Assembly (NCBI GenBank): GCA_964016885.1
Contig: OZ024748.1
Coordinates: forward strand, 24,118,001 to 24,182,000
Reading direction: 5' to 3'
Source of the DNA: Eledone cirrhosa
Lineage: Eukaryota
Length of the DNA: 64,000 nt
The translations under genes were made by a program, and so were the position numbers. Positions 56,417 to 64,000 of the stretch are shown piece by piece (the first letter of the stretch is position 1; every line of letters begins with the position of its first letter). A model generated the notes under the pieces. It saw nothing but the letters and a program-made list of their open reading frames with translations, did not search any database and was not told the DNA's origin.

Positions 56417-56624
56417 CATACATACATATATACCCGTATTTACGCGGAGTTTTCTTCTTTCATACATGGAATTTTCCAGATGCAACCAGTTTAATGTTTC
56501 CCCTTCATACTTTTGCAAACTTGGCTGTTTTTTGTCACAAAACAGGAAGGAGGCAAAGACCAACGACACGTGACCTTACTATTTCTCTCTCTCTCTCAAT
56601 TTCTCTCTAATTTTCTTTCTCCTT

Positions 56625-56670
<46 letters not shown>

Positions 56671-56892
56671 TCTAACTCTCTCTCTCTCTCTCTTTCTCTC
56701 TCTCTAATTTTCTCTCTCCCTTTTCTCTCTCTCTACCCCCCCCTCTCTCCCTTTTTCTCTCTCTCTTCCTCTCACTCTTTCTTTCACATACACACTTTTT
56801 CTTTTACACACACTTTCTCATACAAACATACACACACAAACACACACACACATTCTCTTTCTCTCTCTCACACACACTCAGACACACACACA

Positions 56893-56983
<91 letters not shown>

Positions 56984-57207
56984 ACATCTTTCTTACTCTC
57001 TTCGGGCATGTGTGTATGCCTTATTTTCTTGTTTTATTTTTCTTCTATGTGTGCGTGTATGTGTATGTGTTGTCTTTATGTGTCGGGTGTGTGTGTGTGT
57101 GGGGGGGGGGGCGTGTGTGCGTATAGTTATAAGTATTCGTTCAAGCATATAATGTAAAGCTGTCTGTTATATATGTATATGTGTATATATATATATATAT
57201 ATTTTTC

Positions 57208-57239
<32 letters not shown>

Positions 57240-57314
57240 GTGTGTGTGTATATATCCATTGAGATGTCCGTGTATGCATGTGTCCGCGTGCACATGTGTG
57301 TGTGTGTGTGAGTG

Positions 57315-57393
<79 letters not shown>

Positions 57394-57432
57394 CTAATCT
57401 CTGTATCTGCTTTTTGTATGTATAAGTCTGAT

Positions 57433-57471
<39 letters not shown>

Positions 57472-57521
57472 TAAAATAACAGATTAAAGTTTAAGCAAAG
57501 AATCGCTTACATCCACACACT

Positions 57522-57593
<72 letters not shown>

Positions 57594-58172
57594 AGCGTGT
57601 GTATGTGTAACGAAGTTTATGAATGTATGTGTGCGTCTGTAACAAAGTGTTTGAGTGTGTGTATGTGTAACACAGTGCACGAGTGTGTGTGCGTGCGTGT
57701 GTAACACAGTGCATGAGTGTGTGTGTATGAATGTATGTGTGTATGTATGTGTACGACAGTGTAAGAGTATGTATATAAGTGTGAACTAATTGGCAAGTGT
57801 ACCCTACAGGGTCACATTTAGTTTCACAGGAATATACTTCCGTAATGATTTTTTTTTATTTCACGTGTTTTGTTTATATGTTTGTTTGTTGTTGTTGTTG
57901 TTGTAGTTTTCCTCCTATCCTTCCCTCCATCCAACACAGTCAAGTACCGCCATGCAAGAGCCAACTAAATGGTCTTACAAGAACATTCAGAACAAAAATG
58001 CACGAAAAAAAATGAGTTCAAAAATGTTATCAGAGCAAAGATTTGTGTTTTCTTGTTTTTTATGTTTTTATCATGGATACCATATACAATATTATATACG
58101 ATGTTATATATATATATATATATACGCATTTACGTGTGAGTGTGTGTGTTGTGTGTGTGTATATGTGTGTAC

Positions 58173-58217
<45 letters not shown>

Positions 58218-58391
58218 TATATATCTATATACATATATATATATACATACATATTTGTACATATATATATATGTATATATATATATATACATGTATATAT
58301 ATATACACATATATATATATATATATACATGTATATATATATATATACATGTGTATATATACATGTGTGTATATGCATATATATATATATA

Positions 58392-58455
58392 TCGTTTCTG
58401 AATTTGTTTAGCAAGATTCTTATTGGCAACATGACCCTCCCAAAGTATAACAATA
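58392..58455. mobile_element. About 64-bp remnant joining both termini of the 27920-29888 PLE family
   Basis: cgtttctgaatttgtttagcaagattcttat (reverse complement of about 29856-29886) fused to ttcttattggcaacatgaccctcccaaagtataacaat (about 29793-29830). Confidence 0.85.
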
Positions 58456-58481
58456 TATATATATATATATATAGATATAGA

Positions 58482-58515
<34 letters not shown>

Positions 58516-58597
58516 CACACACATTTATATATACATATATATATATATACACACTATATATATATATACACACTATATACATATATATATATATACA

Positions 58598-58660
<63 letters not shown>

Positions 58661-59113
58661 CATGTATATGTGTGTATATACATTGTATACACTCATACCA
58701 CACATACATATTTACATACATATATACACACATACATATATACATACATACATATATTACACACACATACACATACATACACACACACTCCCTATCACAG
58801 GCAATTAAACATATACATATTCATATTCAGAAGAAAGAAAAAAAATAAGGGAACAGAAATTTGTGAAAAAATGTCGTAAACCCTATCATACTCTATCAAC
58901 ATCTGCCAACTTTATCTTATTTCCCATGTGGCATTCTATATGTATTATACTGTGTCACACTGAATCTCCCTGAGAATTATATTAAGAGTATACACCTGTC
59001 TATGGAATGTTTACCCACTTACATATCAATTTCATGAGCAGGCGTTTCCGTTGATCCAACAACTGGAACTTTCCTCGTTGAATCTGACGGAAGTCCGTTT
59101 TATATATCTATAT

Positions 59114-59500
59114 CAGTGGTTCTCAACGGTGGGTCAAGGGCCCACTCAGTGGGCCCGGGACAATTTTGAGTGGGCCCGGAGGAATTTCAGTGGGCCTGGA
59201 AATTTTTTTCAGATTTTCTTGGAACTTAAGATCACGCAAAATTTAAATGCAGTCGGGATGATATGGGGGTAAGTATTCCAGTGTTCCAGAATGTTCTTTG
59301 AGCACTGACCCTGGCAATACCAAGGGAGTAAAGTGGGCCGGGAGAACAAAAAGATTGAGAAGCACTAGTATATATATCATGTGGGGGTTATAGTCCGGAA
59401 TAGTTTTTGAGCACTAGTTTACGCTTGTAAAATAAGTGGGCCCGGTCATTTTTCGGGAGCTAAAAGTGGGCCCGGGGGTCAAAAAGGTTGAGAAACACTG
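59114..59500. mobile_element. hAT (Charlie/MER5-like) MITE
   Basis: TIRs cagtggttctcaac / gttgagaaacactg with an exact 8-bp TSD atctatat. An internal second right-end-like motif lies near 59330-59368. Confidence 0.92.
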
Positions 59501-59583
59501 ATCTATATGTACATATTATACATAGGCGGCGAATTGGCAGAGTCGTTAGAACGTCGGATGGAATGTTTTATGGTATTCATTCC

Positions 59584-59694
<111 letters not shown>

Positions 59695-59741
59695 GAATAA
59701 GGAAATACAAAGTTTAAATGAAAAAGTTCTTTACTGATAAG

Positions 59742-59819
59742 GCCGTGATACATATTCCGATGATGACAGTGGCCATGGGATTCGGCGTAGTACCCAGTGC
59801 CATGATCTCATCAGACAGC
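59742..59819 (-). ncRNA. Type I hammerhead motif, core GAAA>GGAA (probably inactivated)
   Basis: gctgt-CTGATGA-gat..atggca...tgtcat..atc-GGAA-tatgta-TC-acggc. Confidence 0.6.
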
Positions 59820-59918
59820 TTCTCACATAATAAGGTTACAATCAAGGAGGTAATCCAAAATTGAAGTGACAAGGGAATGGACAAACAGCGATGTTCATGA
59901 ATCGAATGCCCGTTCCAC

Positions 59919-59990
<72 letters not shown>

Positions 59991-60040
59991 TTAATAGTCC
60001 CTATATATTTCGGATTCACATCCATCAACTGGGGGTTTTT

Positions 60041-60174
60041 CCGGGGTGGAGGAAAAGGTTGTCTGTCGGACAACTCGGAACGCGTCTTTCGCTGTCTGTT
60101 GATTTGAATATCAAATCAACAGACAGCGAAAGACGCGTTCCGAGTTGTCCGACAGACAACCTTTTCCCCCACCC

Positions 60175-60177
<3 letters not shown>
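60041..60177. repeat. GC-rich palindrome with 67-bp arms and a 3-nt loop, in a (TA)n-flanked segment
   Basis: ccggggtgg...gatttga-ata-tcaaatc...ccaccccgg, with 1 mismatch. Confidence 0.92.
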
Positions 60178-60219
<42 letters not shown>

Positions 60220-60390
60220 GATATTAAATAAATGGAAACTATATTTATAAAACCATATTTATTTCATTATATATATTTCAGGGATATCATATTAAAAATA
60301 TGTTATGCCTTCTTCAGACAAAATACAATATAAACAGTCTTATAAATAGATAGATTCGACATACCTTTCAACTTCGACTTCTATTTGAAA
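60220..60390 (-). mobile_element. Single arm of the 47807 family; HHR at 60260-60325 with CTGAAGA core
   Basis: Homologous to 47807-47980. The core change falls at the variable N7 position. Confidence 0.75.
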
Positions 60391-61689
60391 AGTTGATTTG
60401 GTAGTGGAAAAAATATTAGGGACAGTTATAAAAAGAAAGACAGAAAAACGAAGAAAAAGAAGAAATGCATGCAACTAAATAGAAAGAGATAGATATAGAG
60501 AGATAGATAGAGAGAAGAAACTCATGTAAAGAAACAGAGAGAGATATATAGAGAGAGGAAAAAACACAGAGGGAGATAGATAGAGAGAGAGAGAGAGAGA
60601 GAAGAGAGGAGAGAGAGAGAGAGAGAGAGAGAGAAAATATAGAGAGATAGATATAGATAGAGATAGAGAGAAAGAAAATAGGTAGTTGTGCACCAGTTGA
60701 ATGACGTATCAATGATATATTTATTTATTTATTTATTTATTTAGCTCTAGTATTAATGTAGAGAGAGATATATGTGGTTAAGAGAGAAAACAGCGGTTAC
60801 ATAGAGAGAAAAGAAAAGAAAAATATCCAGACAAAAACGAGGCAGAATTAAAACACTATGTTTCATCAATGTAAAAAATACCAATTCGTATAAAACAGGC
60901 ATTATAATGTAAATATCAGTATTCATGAATGAGACACGTATCAATAATGTGTGAAAAATAATGATCATATGTCTAGTTCAAAATTCATAGGTTTATATTA
61001 GAGTTGAGATAAAATAGAAGGTTATCCCAGATTTTATACTATATACATCCATGTGAATTTACGTGATCAGCTCTGCAAATTCCTATTTCACACGAAAACA
61101 TTCTCATTGTGCTATAAAAATTCTAGTATACATATATGTGTGCATACACACAAATATATATAGAGTCTACATTAATTTTAACAATACTATTCATGTCTTT
61201 ACTCTACATGATTATCGTTCAAGCATAAATAGAGAACAGATATCAATATATCAATAAAAATTAAAATATCAGAAACAAAAAGTAAATAAAAAACAAAAAA
61301 AATCAAAAAAATACAAAAAAATATTAAAAATAAAAATATTAAAAATATTAAAAATATTAAAATAAAAATAAAACATAGTATGCCCCGCAAATCAACCACA
61401 GAGATCAACCCTTCAAAGTTAATTGACAATATATTGCCAAGTTCGTTATAAGCATCAGAGTCACAAGCAAACAAAACCAAAAATTATTTACCAAATCCTG
61501 TCTAGCAGAAAACATTCCAAAAGTTTAGGATACCCATTTGACCTACAGATGGTCTTATATTTAATATAGAAGTTTATCTAGTGCAAAATTTATTCGATAT
61601 ATTTGGAGCATCAGCTTTTAGGGTAGTTTAATTATTCATGAAGAATGTTTAAAATAAAAAGGAATCGAAAGATTTATCGGCGAGTTTCA

Positions 61690-62298
61690 TAAATAATTAT
61701 AAATCAAATTAAATATACTACATTTTAAATTTATATTTATATTTAAAAGTTGAGTTCAATCTATGTCTGCAGCAACTGAATAAATTTGTCCGTAAATTAA
61801 GGGAATTTTTAGATTTTAGTATAAAGAATATCTCCTCCGCGCAGAGGTCATATGTCTCAGAGGATGAATTAAAAGGAATCCCTCTTGAGACTATATTCCA
61901 AGCCGTTGAATATCCAACGTTATCATGCCTAAGTTGCCAGAGTAGGCCTGATAGTGATGTTGAGGATTTTTTGCTTGGATCTGTGAAAGAATTCTTGTGG
62001 TTATTATAGCGAAGTTTAAATTCTGTTGAGGTGGAACCAACATAGTTAAAAGAATTTAAGTCCGTTTTAACATTACAGTTGTATATTATATTTTTAACTA
62101 AGCAATTGTTATTTAACGGACATTTAGATCTATCTCAGTTACATTTGTTAACTTGGATATTATTTATGCTATTATCGGTATTTTGGCTAGGTTTTAAATT
62201 CCTATTAAATAATAAATTCTATTAATATTTTGTGCTAAATTTTTGGTGGATGAGTAGGTTAATTTAATAGTATGTCTATTGAAAATTGAGTGATACCT
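61690..62298 (-). pseudogene. Decayed Hydra-type PLE linker and GIY-YIG fragment
   Basis: YHSIFNRHTIKLTYSSTKN, KCPLNNNCLVKNIIYNC..YVGSTSTEFKLRYNNH. Confidence 0.8.
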
Positions 62299-62299
62299 A

Positions 62300-63522
62300 G
62301 GGGTGGTGGTGGTGGTGGTGGTGGTGTAGTGGGGGAGATTGAGACAGGGGTGGTGGTGGTGGTGTAGTGGGGGAGATTGAGACGGTGGTGGTGGTGGTGG
62401 TGTAGTGGGGGAGATTGAGACAGGGGTGGTGGTGGTGTAGTGGGGGAGATTGAGACAGGGGTGGTGGTGGTGGTGTAGTGGGGGAGATTGAGACAGGGGT
62501 GGTGGTGGTGGTGGTGGTGGTGGTGTAGTGGGGGAGATTGAGACAGGGGTGGTGGTGGTGGTGTAGTGGGGGAGATTGAGACAGGGGTGGTGGTGGTGGT
62601 GGTGGTGGTGGTGGTGTAGTGGGGGAGATTGAGACAGGGGTGGTGGTGGTGGTGTAGTGGGGGAGATTGAGACAGGGGTGGTGGTGGTGGTGGTGTAGTA
62701 CTGTAGTGGGGGAGATTAAGACAGGGGTGGTGGCGGTGGTGGTGGTGGTGTACTGTAGTGGGGGAGATTGAGACAGGGGTGGTGGTGGTGGTGGTGGTGG
62801 TGGTGGTGGTGTACTGTAGTGGGGGAGATTAAGACAGGGGTGGTGGTGGTGGTGTAGTGGGGGAGATTGAGAAAGGGGTGGTGGTGGTGGTGTAGTACTA
62901 TAGTGGGGGAGATTGAGATAGTGGTGGTGGTGGTGGTGGTGTAGTACTGTAGTGGGGGAGATTGAGACAGGGGTGGTGGTGGTGGTGTAGTGGGGGAGAT
63001 TGAGACAGGGGTGGTGGTGGTGGTGTAGTACTGTAGTGGGGGAGATTGAGACAGGGGTGGTGGTGGTGGTGGTGTAGTGGGGGAGATTGAGACAGGGGTG
63101 GTGGTGGTGGTGTAGTACTATGGTGGGGGAGATTGAGACAGTGGTGGTGGTGGTGGTGGTGTAGTACTGTAGTGGGGGAGATTGAGACAGGGGTGGTGGT
63201 GGTGGTGTAGTACTGTAGTGGGGGAGATTGAGACAGTGGTGGTGGTGGTGGTGTAGTGGGGGAGATTGAGACAGGGGTGGTGGTGGTGTAGTGGGGGAGA
63301 TTGAGACAGGGGTGGTGGTGGTGGTGTAGTACTATAGTGGGGGAGATTGAGACAGTGGTGGTGGTGGTGGTGTAGTACTGTAGTGGGGGAGATTGAGACA
63401 GGGGTGGTGGTGGTGGTGAAGTGGGGGAGATTGAGACAGGGGTGGTGGTGGTGTAGTGGGGGAGATTGAGACAGGGGTGGTGGTGGTGTAATGGGGGAGA
63501 TTGAGACAGGGGTGGTGGTGTG
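62300..63522. repeat. G-rich minisatellite with unit gtagtgggggagattgagacagg(ggt)n
   Basis: About 30 units with variable (GGT)n length and an optional gtagtact block. Confidence 0.95.
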
Positions 63523-63967
63523 GTTGATATCAGAGAATATCAATCTGGAAAAGAAATATGTATGTTGTTGGTTTTGAAAGTTCCAGTTAATACAATCAAA
63601 GGAACTGCTTGCTCGTGGAATCAACGTATAAGTATCTGAGCATTCAACGGTCACGTGCAATCTTAACGTAGTTATCAGGGAGATTCAGCGTGACACGATG
63701 TGAGACCCCCCCCCCCCCATGAATTACAGGTGAAAATTGATTTTTGCAAGCTGAGTGGACTGATGCAACGCCAAATAACGTGTTTTGTTTAACCGTTTAG
63801 CATCGAAATCAACCATATCCGGCCAGAATTCTCTTACCTTTTCTGATCAATCCGGCCACAACCGGCAGCTCATACCGATGTTAAGGTATTGTTCTCAAAA
63901 TAAATAATGTCAAAATATATGTGTGTGTATTTATATTGATGTTATGGTATTGTTCTCAAAATAAATA

Positions 63968-64000
63968 ATTGTTTCTACTTTAGGCACAAGGCCAGCAATT
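63968..64000 (-). mobile_element. SINE tail cut by the window edge
   Basis: attgtttctactttaggcacaaggccagcaatt. Confidence 0.8.

Overview
AT-rich, microsatellite-saturated eukaryotic DNA, inferred to be an octopus genome from the dominant tRNA-derived SINE. It is essentially intronic or intergenic, with only one weak host-exon candidate. Almost all long ORFs in the track are translations of simple repeats. The real coding content is retroelements: a tandem pair of Tx1/L1-clade LINEs in (TATC)n (one with an open 1146-codon ORF2), an R4/Dong-like RT plus restriction-like endonuclease element in (TACA)n, Penelope-like elements (PLEs; Hydra-type and Neptune/Nematis-type GIY-YIG), and RTE relics. 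SINEs, MITEs and minisatellites fill much of the rest. The most striking signal is a dense set of type I hammerhead ribozyme (HHR) motifs, about a dozen intact or near-intact from at least 6 unrelated sequence families. Most lie in short fold-back (palindromic) PLE-derived elements inserted in (TA)n, some with no ORF, and there are collapsed remnants of the same elements. All folds were read by eye and not computed.
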